Shown here: positions 25,453 to 35,358 of the stretch, one piece after another | Numbering within the stretch: position 1 is the first letter of the stretch | Layout: every line of letters begins with the position of its first letter | Source of the DNA: a virus | Taxonomy: Duplodnaviria > Caudoviricetes | Strand: one strand, 5' to 3' | Length of the DNA stretch: 60,189 bases | Virus record (IMG/VR): IMGVR_UViG_3300037247_001852 | Span: 1 to 60,189 of that record | Program-made: the position numbers and the translations under genes | The notes under the pieces: model-generated | What the model saw: only the letters and a program-made list of their open reading frames with translations | Told to the model about the DNA's origin: nothing | Databases searched by the model: none

Positions 25453-26671
25453 GGTCCTCATCGAGCCAGGCGGGCGGATGGTGACGGTCATCGGCGGTCG
25501 GAACCGCCAGGGCAAGAGCAGCATACTCAAGGCGCTGGAGATCGCGATCCGCGGCAAGCGCGCCGCGCCGCCGGAGCCCGTGCGCCACGGCGAGAAGGCC
25601 GCGCACATCCTCGTCGATCTAGAGAGCGATCCCGGCGACGATCTCGGCGATCTGGTCATCAAGCGCAGGATCTCCGCCGCCGGCAGCTACAGCCTCGAGG
25701 TCACCGAGAACGGCGTCAAGCAGCGGAGCCCGCAGGAGTTGCTCAACGAGTTGGTCGGCGCTCGGTTCCTCGACCCGCTCAAGTTCAAGAACGCGTCGGC
25801 GAAGGAGCAGCGCGCGATCCTCCTGCGGTGCGTGAAGGTCGAGCTGGACCTCGACCAGAACGCGGCTGACCGCTCCGCCGCCTTCGAGCGCCGGACGGAG
25901 CTCAATCGCGAGTTGAAGCGCCAGAAGGCCGAGCAGGAGAACCTCGGCCCGAAGGAGGACGCGCCCGAACCCATCTCCGTACAGTCGACCATCGACCAGA
26001 TCGACGCTCTCAAGAACGAACGGCGCGACCACGACGACGCTAAGACGAGATTCGCCGCGGTCGACGCCGAGGGCAAGGACGTCCACGCGAAGCTCGCCGA
26101 GCTCACCCGACGGCAAGTCGAGTTGAAGAACGAGTGGCGCGCGCTCAACGACCGGGTCGCGTCGGTCGACGAGGCGACGCTCGACGCCGACATCAAAGCC
26201 GAGGAGCACCGGCTGTCGTCCTCGCAGGAGACGAACACCCAGGCGGAGTTGATCGCCGACCGGAATGAGCGCCGCTCCAAGGTCGCGATGAAGGTCGCGG
26301 AGCTCGACGTCGACGTCGACGAGTGCTGCGAGAAGATCGAGAAGCTCGACGGCGAGCGAGCCGAGGCACTCGGCGCGGCGGAGATGCCGATCGCCGGGCT
26401 GGAGATCGGCGACGAGCATCTCGTGTACAACGGTGCGCCGTTCGAGCAGGCCGCGGACTCCGAGCAACTCCAGGCCTCGTTGGCGATCGCCGCCGCGCTG
26501 TCGCCGGACCTGCGCGACGTGTGGATTCGAGACGGCGCGCTGCTCGACGACGAGAGCTTCGAGGCCGTCCGCCGGTTCGCGGAGGACACGGACCACCCCG
26601 TCTGGATCGAGCGGGTCGGCGATGACGACGCCGGCGCGGTGATCATCGAAGAGGGGCAGGTCCGCGGCTGA
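25406..26671 (+). CDS. SMC/SbcC/RecN-like AAA ATPase
   Basis: IGGRNRQGKSS Walker A, long coiled coil, C-terminal IRDGALLD. Confidence 0.85.
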   Translation: MRIKAVEIENVQAIRKVLIEPGGRMVTVIGGRNRQGKSSILKALEIAIRGKRAAPPEPVRHGEKAAHILVDLESDPGDDLGDLVIKRRISAAGSYSLEVTENGVKQRSPQELLNELVGARFLDPLKFKNASAKEQRAILLRCVKVELDLDQNAADRSAAFERRTELNRELKRQKAEQENLGPKEDAPEPISVQSTIDQIDALKNERRDHDDAKTRFAAVDAEGKDVHAKLAELTRRQVELKNEWRALNDRVASVDEATLDADIKAEEHRLSSSQETNTQAELIADRNERRSKVAMKVAELDVDVDECCEKIEKLDGERAEALGAAEMPIAGLEIGDEHLVYNGAPFEQAADSEQLQASLAIAAALSPDLRDVWIRDGALLDDESFEAVRRFAEDTDHPVWIERVGDDDAGAVIIEEGQVRG

Positions 26672-26708
26672 GGCCAAGTAGGGCGTTTACTTCGAAGGAG
26701 GGATCTCA

Positions 26709-28499
26709 TTGAGCGACGACTACATCAAGCTCGTCAAGAAGAGCGGCAAGCACTATCCGCTGCCGAAGCAGGTGGTGTCCGAGGTCACGGCGATCATGGG
26801 TATCACCGGCTCGGGGAAGACCTACGCCGGCGGTCGCTGGGCCGAGGAGATGAACCGGCTCCGTGCGCAGTTCGTCGCCATCGAGCCGGTCGGCAACTGG
26901 TGGGGGCTGCGCGTCAAGGCCGACGGGAAGGGGCGCGGGATCGACATCCCGATCTTCGGGGGCGAGCACGGCGACCTGCCGCTGCCGGTCGAGTCCGGCG
27001 CCGAAGTCGCGCGGCTGGTCGTCGCCCAGCGGCTCTCGGCCGTGCTCGACGTCTCGGGCTTCAGCAAGCGCGGGATGCGAAAGTTCTCGGCCGACTTCGC
27101 CGAGACGTTCTTCCAGCTCAAGAAGCGAAACAAGTCGCCGGTCAACCTGATCGTCGAGGAGGCGCGCGTCTTCATCCCGCAGAAGATCCACAAGGGTGAC
27201 GAGGGGGCGGCGCGGCTGCTCGGCGCGTTCGAGGACATCGGCCGACGCGGTCGGAACTACGGGATCGGGATGTGCCTGCTCGACCAGCGGCCGCAGTCGG
27301 TCAACAAGGACGTGCTGAGCCAGGCGCAGAATCTGATCGTCCTGCAGCTCATCGGCGCCCACGAGACGAAGGCCGTTCGAGAGTGGGTCAAGGAGAACGC
27401 CCGCGCGACGGACGGCTCGCAGTGGTGGGAGGATCTCGACGGGCTCGCCCAGGGCGAGGCATTCCTCTGGTCGCCGCGGCGCCAGATCTTCGAGCGCGTC
27501 AAGGTCACGAGGAAGTGGACCTACGACGCGAGCGCGACGCCGGACTTCGACGACAACACGCCGGCGCCGACGCTGTCGCAGATCGACGTCGGCAAGATTC
27601 GCGACGCGCTCGAGGCGACCATCGAGAAAGCGAAGGAAACCGATCCGAAGGAGCTGACCAAGAAGATCAAGGCGCAGGCCAAGGAGATCGCACGACTAAA
27701 CCGCGAACTGGTAACCCGGCCCGCGGAGGTTACTACCGAGACGGTCGTCGAGCATCACCCGCCGCCCGCCATCGTGGCCAGGCTCGCGGCGGAGGTGAAG
27801 GTCACGGCCGACGATCTCACCGACATGATGGGTTCGACGCGAGAACATATGCATGCGATTGAGGCGGTGCTGTTGCCCCGGCTCGGGGTCGTGTACGATG
27901 AGCTGCGCGCGGCGGCCGCGCAGAAGCCGACATCGGCGGCCAAGGTAAAGAAGCCGCCCAAGGCGAAGATGTTCCGCGCGCCGCCCGCGGCCGACGCCGT
28001 GCCGATCAACGGGGAGGTGACCGTCTCGCACCGGCGCCTGCTCGACGCCTTGGCGAAGCTGGAGAACATCGGCCTCGAGGTGGCGACCAACCAGCAGGTC
28101 GGCTTCGTCTCCGGCTACAAGCTGAGCGGCCGGTTCCACAACTTGCGCGGCGAGCTCCGCAAGCTCGGGCTGGTGGAGTACGTCGCCGGCGCGAACACCA
28201 GGCTCACGGACGCCGGCCGCGCGATCGCCGACGCGCCCGACGCGCCGCTCACGACCGAGGACCTGCACGAGACGGTGTTCTCGATGATCACGTCGTCGCA
28301 GCGTAAGCTGCTCGAGGTCCTGATTGAGGCCTATCCCGATCCGCTGACCAACGAGGAGCTGGGCGAGAAGACCGACTACCGGCTCTCGGGCCGGTTCCAC
28401 AACCTGCGCGGCGAGCTCAAGAGCATGGGGCTCGTCGACTACCCAGCTGGCGCACAGACCGCGGCGTCGTCGATGCTGTTCCTGGAGGACCGAACATGA
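26709..28499 (+). CDS. HerA/DUF87-like ATPase with tandem C-terminal winged helices
   Basis: GITGSGKT, IVEEA, RRGRNYGIG, DQRPQSVNK; duplicated LSGRFHNLRGEL..GLV.Y. Confidence 0.85.
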   Translation: MSDDYIKLVKKSGKHYPLPKQVVSEVTAIMGITGSGKTYAGGRWAEEMNRLRAQFVAIEPVGNWWGLRVKADGKGRGIDIPIFGGEHGDLPLPVESGAEVARLVVAQRLSAVLDVSGFSKRGMRKFSADFAETFFQLKKRNKSPVNLIVEEARVFIPQKIHKGDEGAARLLGAFEDIGRRGRNYGIGMCLLDQRPQSVNKDVLSQAQNLIVLQLIGAHETKAVREWVKENARATDGSQWWEDLDGLAQGEAFLWSPRRQIFERVKVTRKWTYDASATPDFDDNTPAPTLSQIDVGKIRDALEATIEKAKETDPKELTKKIKAQAKEIARLNRELVTRPAEVTTETVVEHHPPPAIVARLAAEVKVTADDLTDMMGSTREHMHAIEAVLLPRLGVVYDELRAAAAQKPTSAAKVKKPPKAKMFRAPPAADAVPINGEVTVSHRRLLDALAKLENIGLEVATNQQVGFVSGYKLSGRFHNLRGELRKLGLVEYVAGANTRLTDAGRAIADAPDAPLTTEDLHETVFSMITSSQRKLLEVLIEAYPDPLTNEELGEKTDYRLSGRFHNLRGELKSMGLVDYPAGAQTAASSMLFLEDRT

Positions 28500-29065
28500 A
28501 GAAAATCGTGAGGCTGAGCCTCGTCCTAGCCGCCGGCATCGGCGGCATGATCGCCATCTGGCAACTCAAGCAGTGCCCCGCGTCGCAGGACGCCGGCTTC
28601 AAGACGGAGCGCTGGCTCTGGGCCGAGCCGCGGATCCCGCTGGAGGTGACCGGGTTCGACGACGACGGCGTGCGCGAAGGGCTCGCGCACTTCAACGGCA
28701 AGATCGGCTGCAAGCTGGTCAAGTGGGTGGACGCCGGGCCGGCCGACGTCATCATCGAAGAGGGCTCGATCTCCCCGGGCGAGGTCGGGCCCGACGGTAG
28801 GGTCGACGCGGAGCGGGCCTTCCTGAAGTTCGACCCGACCGCCGAACGCTCGCCCTACGGCATCATCGAGGTCCGGAACGTGGTCGGCCCCCACCGGCGG
28901 ATGCTCGCGGTCGGCCACGGGTTCACGCACATCTTCGGGCTCGCGCACGACCGGGCGACCAACTCGCTCGCGCACCAATACGTGCTCGACTACGCCGAGT
29001 CGTTCCCGATGCCCGTGCTCAGCGACCAAGATGCGGATCTTCTCCGAGAGGAGTACTGCCCGTAA
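28496..29065 (+). CDS. Membrane-anchored metzincin/matrixin-like protein, catalytic Glu absent
   Basis: N-terminal TM; HGFTHIFGLAH matches H-x3-H-x2-G-x2-H. Confidence 0.65.
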   Translation: MKKIVRLSLVLAAGIGGMIAIWQLKQCPASQDAGFKTERWLWAEPRIPLEVTGFDDDGVREGLAHFNGKIGCKLVKWVDAGPADVIIEEGSISPGEVGPDGRVDAERAFLKFDPTAERSPYGIIEVRNVVGPHRRMLAVGHGFTHIFGLAHDRATNSLAHQYVLDYAESFPMPVLSDQDADLLREEYCP

Positions 29066-29124
29066 CGGAGCACGAATTCGAGCATCTAGTTCGCGCAACC
29101 ATCTACAGCGAGGAGACAGCTACC

Positions 29125-29427
29125 ATGAGCGCAGAGAACGAACGCAACGAGATCGCGCAGGATATTTTCGAGAACAAGTGCGGCCGGTTCCCGACCTTCG
29201 CGGTCATGGAAGGCGAGGCCGACCCGAGAATCCCGACCAAGCTCAACGTCCCGCTCGCTCGCGCGTGGGCGCGCGCGGCGGCCGAGCAGTCCTACGTCGA
29301 AGCTGACGTGTTCCTCGAGGAGCGCTCGCGGCGCTATGCCAGCGGCGCGGCGGGGGCCAAGCCCAAGCGCGCGAAGAAGCCGATCGCCCCGCCGCCCGAT
29401 CCGAACAAGGGGCCGGTGATCACGTGA
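29125..29427 (+). CDS. Hypothetical protein
   Basis: GAGGAG RBS. Confidence 0.65.
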   Translation: MSAENERNEIAQDIFENKCGRFPTFAVMEGEADPRIPTKLNVPLARAWARAAAEQSYVEADVFLEERSRRYASGAAGAKPKRAKKPIAPPPDPNKGPVIT

Positions 29428-29714
29428 CGCCGGCGGGGGACGGGCACGACGCGTCGCCGCACCTCATCGAGAACGGCGTGCTGTGGGCGCTGCTGATCTA
29501 CGCGATGGACGCGGCGCTCAACGAGGACATCGTCGCGGGCCGCGCGCGGCTCGAGCGCGTCCGGCAGGCGATCATGCGGCACCGGGTCGGCGTCGACGTG
29601 ACCCAGCGCGAGGACCCGCGCGTGCGCCAGGTGCTCGTGATGGCCGAGCGCATGCTCGACGAGTCGGAGGTGGCCGGTGCCGGTCAAGCACGGTCCCAAG
29701 GGAATGAGCGCTAA
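29424..29714 (+). CDS. Hypothetical protein
   Basis: GTGA overlap. Confidence 0.55.
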   Translation: MTPAGDGHDASPHLIENGVLWALLIYAMDAALNEDIVAGRARLERVRQAIMRHRVGVDVTQREDPRVRQVLVMAERMLDESEVAGAGQARSQGNER

Positions 29715-30135
29715 GGTGGCGGAACGTCTCGACGCCGTCATCCCGAACGTCGACTGGGACATGGTCGAGTGCCTGGCGAGCTACGTCCGCGGCTGTGGCC
29801 AACTGCAGACGCTCGACGACGACTTTCCCGATCTCCAGCACCCGCTCTGCAAGTCGGACATCTCGGTCGGCCAACTGCTCGCGGCGGTCGCGTCCTACGT
29901 CGACGAGGCCGTGCGAGTCAGCGCAGACTTCGGCCCGGCGCTGCCGACGGAGAAGGAGCTGCTCGAGCTGCTCAACCAGCTCGCGACGGGTGAGGGCGGT
30001 CGCTGCACCGGCGAACTGAAGCGCCGCGGCTGGATCGACTGGAAGCTCACCGAGGACGGCGTTAAGGCGCTCGCGGCCTCGATGGACTTCTCGACGCAGG
30101 AGCCACAGGAGGACACCGATGCCGACGTGCGGTAA
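29704..30135 (+). CDS. Hypothetical protein with C-terminal winged-helix-like motif
   Basis: ELKRRGWIDWKLTEDG. Confidence 0.55.
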   Translation: MSAKVAERLDAVIPNVDWDMVECLASYVRGCGQLQTLDDDFPDLQHPLCKSDISVGQLLAAVASYVDEAVRVSADFGPALPTEKELLELLNQLATGEGGRCTGELKRRGWIDWKLTEDGVKALAASMDFSTQEPQEDTDADVR

Positions 30136-30301
30136 CTGCGGCGCCGAACTTAAGCGTTGCCCGATGGGCTGCGGCGAGCTCCGCTGCCCGGACGTCTGCG
30201 ACGCCGAGGACGAAGTCGACCACGAGCGCGAGCACAAAGACTCCGACGACATGGAGTACCAGCGCCGGGTCGACGAGCTCGACGAGGAGTTCGGGCGATG
30301 A
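30119..30301 (+). CDS. Small Cys-rich acidic protein
   Basis: AGGAGG RBS; three Cys pairs. Confidence 0.6.
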   Translation: MPTCGNCGAELKRCPMGCGELRCPDVCDAEDEVDHEREHKDSDDMEYQRRVDELDEEFGR

Positions 30302-30723
30302 CCAGCGAACCGAAGAAGATAGGCGAGTTGAAGCCGCTCGTGCTCGACTGCCCGTGCGGTGAGCGGGCTACGCACGCGGTCGTCTTCGTGGTCAGGGTCG
30401 CGGGCAAGGACGTCCAACGCTCGACGCCGGCGTGCGAGGAACACGTGGGCACCGCGGCGATCACCGCGGCGAGGGGCGCGGTGCTGCCGACGCACGAGCA
30501 CGTCTTCGTCCGGCGCGCGAAGGACTTCCCGCCCCAGAAGACGGAGATCCACGCCGCCCCGCTGATGGTCTGCTGCCCGCGCTGCAGCGGCATGGCGTCG
30601 CTCGACCCTGACGCGTTCACGCTGAGCGAACGCGGCCTGGACCCGTCGTTCGTCTGCCCGCAGTGCGGCCTCCACGCGTGGTTGCGGTTCGAGGAGACTT
30701 GCAGGGAGGGCACAGCCAAGTGA
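30298..30723 (+). CDS. Zn-binding protein, C-terminal half DUF6527-like
   Basis: ATGA overlap; CCPRCS...LDPSFVCPQCGLH. Confidence 0.55.
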   Translation: MTSEPKKIGELKPLVLDCPCGERATHAVVFVVRVAGKDVQRSTPACEEHVGTAAITAARGAVLPTHEHVFVRRAKDFPPQKTEIHAAPLMVCCPRCSGMASLDPDAFTLSERGLDPSFVCPQCGLHAWLRFEETCREGTAK

Positions 30724-31151
30724 CCGAAGAGCAAGCGAACGTTCGATACCTCGGCCCCGGTGCCGACCACGACGTGCCGTGCCCGCTGCGCGGCTGCCCG
30801 AACCCGGCGGTGCTGAACCTGGGCACCGGCGTCTTCGAGCCGTGCTGGCGGCACCAGTCCGAGGGTTGGAAGACGAACCTGGTCAAGGTCAAGAACCCGG
30901 CGTGGCCCGGCATCATCGGCGTGCTGGCCGTCGCCGGTTGTATATCGGGCGTGGTCCACGGGTGGTGGTTTCTCGCGGCCATCAACGGCCTGCTGGCGGT
31001 CGGCGGCGGGTTGGGTCTCTGGGTTCGGCACGAGACCCGAGAGCTGCAGATCGCAATCCGCCGCCGCGCCGAACTCGCCGGCCAGGTCGAGCACGAGGGT
31101 CCGCCCGTGCTGCCGGCGGCGCGGACGATGCCGGAGAAGGAGAAGAGCTAG
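30720..31151 (+). CDS. Two-TM membrane protein with N-terminal Cys motif
   Basis: GGAGGG RBS; two hydrophobic segments. Confidence 0.6.
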   Translation: MTEEQANVRYLGPGADHDVPCPLRGCPNPAVLNLGTGVFEPCWRHQSEGWKTNLVKVKNPAWPGIIGVLAVAGCISGVVHGWWFLAAINGLLAVGGGLGLWVRHETRELQIAIRRRAELAGQVEHEGPPVLPAARTMPEKEKS

Positions 31152-31435
31152 TGCCCAAACCGGAAGAGAGCGTCTTCACCTGCGTCGTTTGCGGGCGAAC
31201 CATTAACATGGCTGGTGGCGAGGGCGCGCACTTTCCGTGTTATTGGGGCTGCCCGGAACCCCTGCGGACACTCCGAGAGACACGACCCGGCGAACCCGTC
31301 TGCGTGGATTGCCTTCCAGACGGATTCAAGAGGGGCAACGCGCATTGGAAACCAATACTTTGCCGGGACGATCTACCTAAGATCGGTGAACGGCTGCCAC
31401 CCAACGTGAAATGCGTTGAGGAGGTGCCGGACTGA
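31151..31435 (+). CDS. Cys-rich hypothetical protein
   Basis: CVVC, CYWGC, CVDC; lower GC than flanks. Confidence 0.55.
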   Translation: MPKPEESVFTCVVCGRTINMAGGEGAHFPCYWGCPEPLRTLRETRPGEPVCVDCLPDGFKRGNAHWKPILCRDDLPKIGERLPPNVKCVEEVPD

Positions 31436-31674
31436 TGGGCAGGGCACGAGACCCGATGGCCGGAGCCGAGACGCTGGTCTTCGACGAACTGCCGGGCGCC
31501 ACCGGGCGCGTCCGCGTCGAGCGCTGGGGCGGCGAGCTCTGGGTAGCAGACTGGGCACTGGCCGAGGACTGCGGACGCCGGGCGAACGGCTCGGTTATCG
31601 ACCAGTCAGCCGAGGACGCCCGCGACAGCGCCAACGAGTTGATACGGGCGCTCGTCAAGAGGTGGTACGCATGA
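31435..31674 (+). CDS. Hypothetical protein
   Basis: GGAGG RBS, TGATG coupling. Confidence 0.6.
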   Translation: MGRARDPMAGAETLVFDELPGATGRVRVERWGGELWVADWALAEDCGRRANGSVIDQSAEDARDSANELIRALVKRWYA

Positions 31675-31859
31675 TCGCCTTCAACCGAGCGCTCGCCGTC
31701 ATCGCCTGGGCCGCGCAGTTCTGCCCGACGTGTCGTGACCCGCGCCATCGCGAGCCCCGGTTCGGCTGTCTCATCCGAGCGCCGGGGATCGCGAGCCTCG
31801 TCACCGAGCACGTCCTGCGGAGCCTCGTCCCGTCGCCGCTGCTCCGGGGGATGAACTGA
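31671..31859 (+). CDS. Hypothetical protein
   Basis: ATGA overlap. Confidence 0.45.
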   Translation: MIAFNRALAVIAWAAQFCPTCRDPRHREPRFGCLIRAPGIASLVTEHVLRSLVPSPLLRGMN

Positions 31860-32134
31860 TGCCCCTGTTTAGGTGCTCGCAGTGCGGCTGCGTGGAGAAC
31901 ACCGCGACCTCTCGCTACTGGGTCGCGACCGGGCTCGACCACGAGGCGCCGCTGTGCTCGGAGTGCGACCCGAAGATCGGCGAGTGGCACGGGAAGTTCG
32001 AGAAGACCAGCGCGGACGGGAAGGTCCTGTCGTCGGAGGGGTTCCTGTACTCGCGCCAGGAGTGGGACTCGAACGTGCCGAACCACGGCGACGCGACCAT
32101 CGTGGAGGTCGTCGGCGAAAAGGAGAGCGCTTGA
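31859..32134 (+). CDS. Zn-finger hypothetical protein
   Basis: FRCSQCGCVENTA...LCSECDP...WHGKF. Confidence 0.7.
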   Translation: MPLFRCSQCGCVENTATSRYWVATGLDHEAPLCSECDPKIGEWHGKFEKTSADGKVLSSEGFLYSRQEWDSNVPNHGDATIVEVVGEKESA

Positions 32135-32469
32135 AAGCCGGCGAGATAATCCGCGGCGAGGGCTACATCTCGGGCACGTGCTGCACCTGCGAACTCGTGG
32201 ACACCATCGCCGAGCAGTACCTGCTCGTGGCCTACGGCTGCCCGATCCACTGCCCCCAGCTCCCGGACCCGGTCTTCACCGGGGTCACCGTCCACGGCAC
32301 CGGTGAGGTAATCCTGCGCGGCTACGACCAGCTGTCGCACGCGACCTACGAGTTGTCGGTAGAGAGGGAGATGCCCGGCCTCGCGGTCGTCGTCCGGGAC
32401 AACGTGCTCAACCGGATGGAGCTCACGCCGCTGTTCCGCGCACTAGTCTGTAGGAAGTTCGGTACTTAA
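32131..32469 (+). CDS. Hypothetical protein
   Basis: AAGGAG RBS, TTGA overlap. Confidence 0.55.
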   Translation: MKAGEIIRGEGYISGTCCTCELVDTIAEQYLLVAYGCPIHCPQLPDPVFTGVTVHGTGEVILRGYDQLSHATYELSVEREMPGLAVVVRDNVLNRMELTPLFRALVCRKFGT

Positions 32470-32534
32470 ACGATTTGTCCGGGGCGCGCGGGCTTTCCGC
32501 GTCAAACCGGCGACACCCCCAAAGGAGGACAGGA

Positions 32535-32732
32535 ATGCCGAAGAGAAACATACACATGGTCGGCTCGCTGATAGGCTGCGCTGGCGGCCAGGTATCGTTC
32601 GCGATGCCGCCGAGGCCAGGCGAGGTGATGACCAAGGCCGAGGCGCTGGAGTTCGCGGCGTGGATCGTCGCGGCGGCGATGCCGGAGGACGGCGAGTTCG
32701 AGCGCGTGCTCGAGGAGGTGAGGAACACATGA
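32535..32732 (+). CDS. Hypothetical protein
   Basis: AAAGGAGG RBS. Confidence 0.7.
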   Translation: MPKRNIHMVGSLIGCAGGQVSFAMPPRPGEVMTKAEALEFAAWIVAAAMPEDGEFERVLEEVRNT

Positions 32733-33931
32733 GCGACCGAACCGAGTTGATAGCCGACCTCCGCACCGCAGCCGAGGGCAACTTCGCGATCATCGGGGAG
32801 CCCGGGTCGCTCGTCGCGCATCGCCACCTGCTCGGCGCCGCCGCCGCGGAGTTGGAGCAATCGCAGGCTGACGTGAGCCCGAGCGAGGCGCTCTTCGCTT
32901 TCATGGGCTGGCTCACGTGCCGCAAGAAGGTCTCGGGGCCATTCAGTTTTATTCACGACGCCGCCGGCGCCGCCGATCTCGTCCGCGACTTTTGCCTGTC
33001 GCAGGAGTTCGCCGAGCCGCGCGACGGCTACACGCTGCGGATGAAGGCCTACCCGGACAACCTGGCCCCGGACGTCATCGTGTCGAGGGCACCCGCGCCG
33101 GCGACCAAGGGGCCGCACGCCGAGGTCGTTATCATTGACGACCCGGTCACGCCCGAGCCCGGACTCACCGTTGAGGACGCGCCGAAGAACCCCGCACCAT
33201 GGCCGGACCCGACGCCGGCGATGCGCGACAGCCCCATATTCGAGGCCATCTGGCAAACGATCAAGCGGTGGGACGTCAACGTGCCCGACGTCTACGCCGG
33301 TTACTGCGGCGCGACCGGGAACCATGTTCGAGCGATTCTCGACGCGCTGCCGTCGCGCGCGGTGGAACTTGACGGCCCGCTGTGGACCGAGTATCTCGAC
33401 ATCGTCATCGACGGCCCGCCCGGACCCGAGGCCGGCCGTTTCGTCGAGGTCGAGAACGACCAAGGCAAGAGCGTCAGCGTTGGCAACTGGACGAAGCGCG
33501 ACGGGGTCTATTGGGCGCTGCGGCTCCGGGTCGCGGACCAGAGCGCGAGAGCGCCGGAGCCGCCCGAGCGCAAGCCGGCGCCGCCGCTAAAGCATCAACT
33601 CTGCGTTACCGCGGATCGTCTTTGGGCGAAGCACGGGCCCGCTACCGACGAGCCGCATCCTGGCCGGGCGATCACCGTAGGGATCCTGCGACAGCTCGCC
33701 TTCACGCTGGAGGACCTGGAGGCGCAGGCCGTTCGTCGTCTCGAGGAGCTCGGCGTGGAGCTTCCGCTTGTGGATGACAGTCCGCACCGGATGCCGTTGT
33801 CGGAGGAGTGCCGGCGATCCGCCGCACGCGACGAGACGTCGCAGAGCACGGCCGCCGGCCTGGTCCTAATGGCGGACATGCTTGAGGGCCTCGAGCGTCG
33901 GGCGCGCGAGCTGCTTAGGATGGTGAGCTAA
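32729..33931 (+). CDS. Mosaic multi-domain hypothetical protein
   Basis: ATGA overlap; several domains separated by Pro-rich linkers. Confidence 0.7.
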   Translation: MSDRTELIADLRTAAEGNFAIIGEPGSLVAHRHLLGAAAAELEQSQADVSPSEALFAFMGWLTCRKKVSGPFSFIHDAAGAADLVRDFCLSQEFAEPRDGYTLRMKAYPDNLAPDVIVSRAPAPATKGPHAEVVIIDDPVTPEPGLTVEDAPKNPAPWPDPTPAMRDSPIFEAIWQTIKRWDVNVPDVYAGYCGATGNHVRAILDALPSRAVELDGPLWTEYLDIVIDGPPGPEAGRFVEVENDQGKSVSVGNWTKRDGVYWALRLRVADQSARAPEPPERKPAPPLKHQLCVTADRLWAKHGPATDEPHPGRAITVGILRQLAFTLEDLEAQAVRRLEELGVELPLVDDSPHRMPLSEECRRSAARDETSQSTAAGLVLMADMLEGLERRARELLRMVS

Positions 33932-34266
33932 TGGACACCGTCAAGAACGCGATCATCGAGTCGACGTTCCTGGGCATCGAACACGGCACGCTGACCGCGA
34001 CGGTCCACGTCGCATATGACGGGCACGCCCAGGGCTTCGGCGGCTACAACCTCCAGGGCTGGACCGGCCCCGAGAGCCAGCTCAGCGCCGCGAACGTCTT
34101 CATCTGCGGCGTCCTACGTGCCGTCGGCGCTAGCTCGTGGGAGGCGCTGAAGGGGAAGTACGTCCGCATCAAACACGGCGAGGCCAGCGAGGCCGGACCG
34201 ATCATCGCGATCGGCCACATCACCGAGGACGTCTGGTTCGACGCCGTAGCGGAGATGGGGAACTAA
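33931..34266 (+). CDS. Conserved-looking phage hypothetical protein
   Basis: NAIIESTFLG...QGFGGY...SWEALKGKYVR...IGHI. Confidence 0.75.
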   Translation: MDTVKNAIIESTFLGIEHGTLTATVHVAYDGHAQGFGGYNLQGWTGPESQLSAANVFICGVLRAVGASSWEALKGKYVRIKHGEASEAGPIIAIGHITEDVWFDAVAEMGN

Positions 34267-34514
34267 TGGCCGGTCGCGAGCTAGTCAACGTCGTCAAGAA
34301 CCCGCGGACCGTGCTGCTGGCTGCGGAGTTGGGCAACCAGCTCGGCGAGCCGCACGTCGGTGGCGTGATCCTGATGTTCGTCCACGACGACGGCACGGTC
34401 GAGGTCGGTGGCTCTGACCGCACCCACGACACAGAGCAACCGTACCTCCGCGAGCACATCGAAGACATCGAGGCCGCGTTCGAAGCGTGGGCCTCGCGCT
34501 ACAGGAGGCACTGA
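34266..34514 (+). CDS. Hypothetical protein
   Basis: TAATG coupling. Confidence 0.6.
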   Translation: MAGRELVNVVKNPRTVLLAAELGNQLGEPHVGGVILMFVHDDGTVEVGGSDRTHDTEQPYLREHIEDIEAAFEAWASRYRRH

Positions 34515-34849
34515 TGCCGACACCGAGCCGATACGAGAACTGGCACAGCGGCGTCTGCTACGCGACGATCATGTCCGGCTGCGTGGTGCGCTGGAAGCAC
34601 CTGGAGATGCCCTACGAGATCAGCGCATCCCGCAACGGCGTGACCGGCGACCTGCCCGTAATGGCGATCGCGCAGATCGACGAGACCATCGAGCTCCTGT
34701 CCGAGGCGCGCTCCGTCCACGTCGTGCTGTCCCAGGACCGCGGGATGAGGCACGCCAACCGCGTGGCCATCGAGCAAATCTACTCGTCGGCGCCGTTCCC
34801 GAGCGGCGGTCCGTGCCCGTGCGCGGCCTGCGTGAAGGCGGTGGCGTGA
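34514..34849 (+). CDS. Hypothetical protein
   Basis: AGGAGG RBS, TGATG coupling. Confidence 0.6.
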   Translation: MPTPSRYENWHSGVCYATIMSGCVVRWKHLEMPYEISASRNGVTGDLPVMAIAQIDETIELLSEARSVHVVLSQDRGMRHANRVAIEQIYSSAPFPSGGPCPCAACVKAVA

Positions 34850-34964
34850 TCGAGCAGTGGCAGACGTTCAGCCACGACTACCCGCTCTACGCGCGGATCA
34901 CGTGGTGGTGGACCGAGGACGTCGGCGCCGCCCCGATCGACGGCCCGGCCCCGAGCGCGGAGAC

Positions 34965-35213
34965 ATGGGAAGCGTGGGCGTCGTGATCGAGAAGCCTGAG
35001 CGGATGCCCGCCGAGCAGTACGAGCAGTGGAAGCTCGCGGTCGAGCACGAGATGAAGCAGCTCGACGACGCGACCGCGGAGTACTCGGGCAACCACTGCC
35101 ACGTCCGCGCCGACGTCGTCGTCGGCGGCGAGCCCTACATCACGGTGGGCGCGACGTTCACGGGGCCGATGACCGGCCGAGTCTGGGCGCGACCGTGGAG
35201 GCCGAGGCCGTGA
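34965..35213 (+). CDS. Hypothetical protein (start 34965 or 34983)
   Basis: GGAG RBS; packed operon. Confidence 0.5.
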   Translation: MGSVGVVIEKPERMPAEQYEQWKLAVEHEMKQLDDATAEYSGNHCHVRADVVVGGEPYITVGATFTGPMTGRVWARPWRPRP

Positions 35214-35358
35214 CGTTCACCGACCTCAACCGCGCCCTCCGAGCGTCGGGCATCTCCGCGCGAGCGGCGATGGAGGCGCTCGACAAGTTGCCAAAGGCGC
35301 CGCCCGCGCCCGCGCCGCTGCCGATCGCCCGCACCGTGAAGAGACCGTGCCGCCGGTG

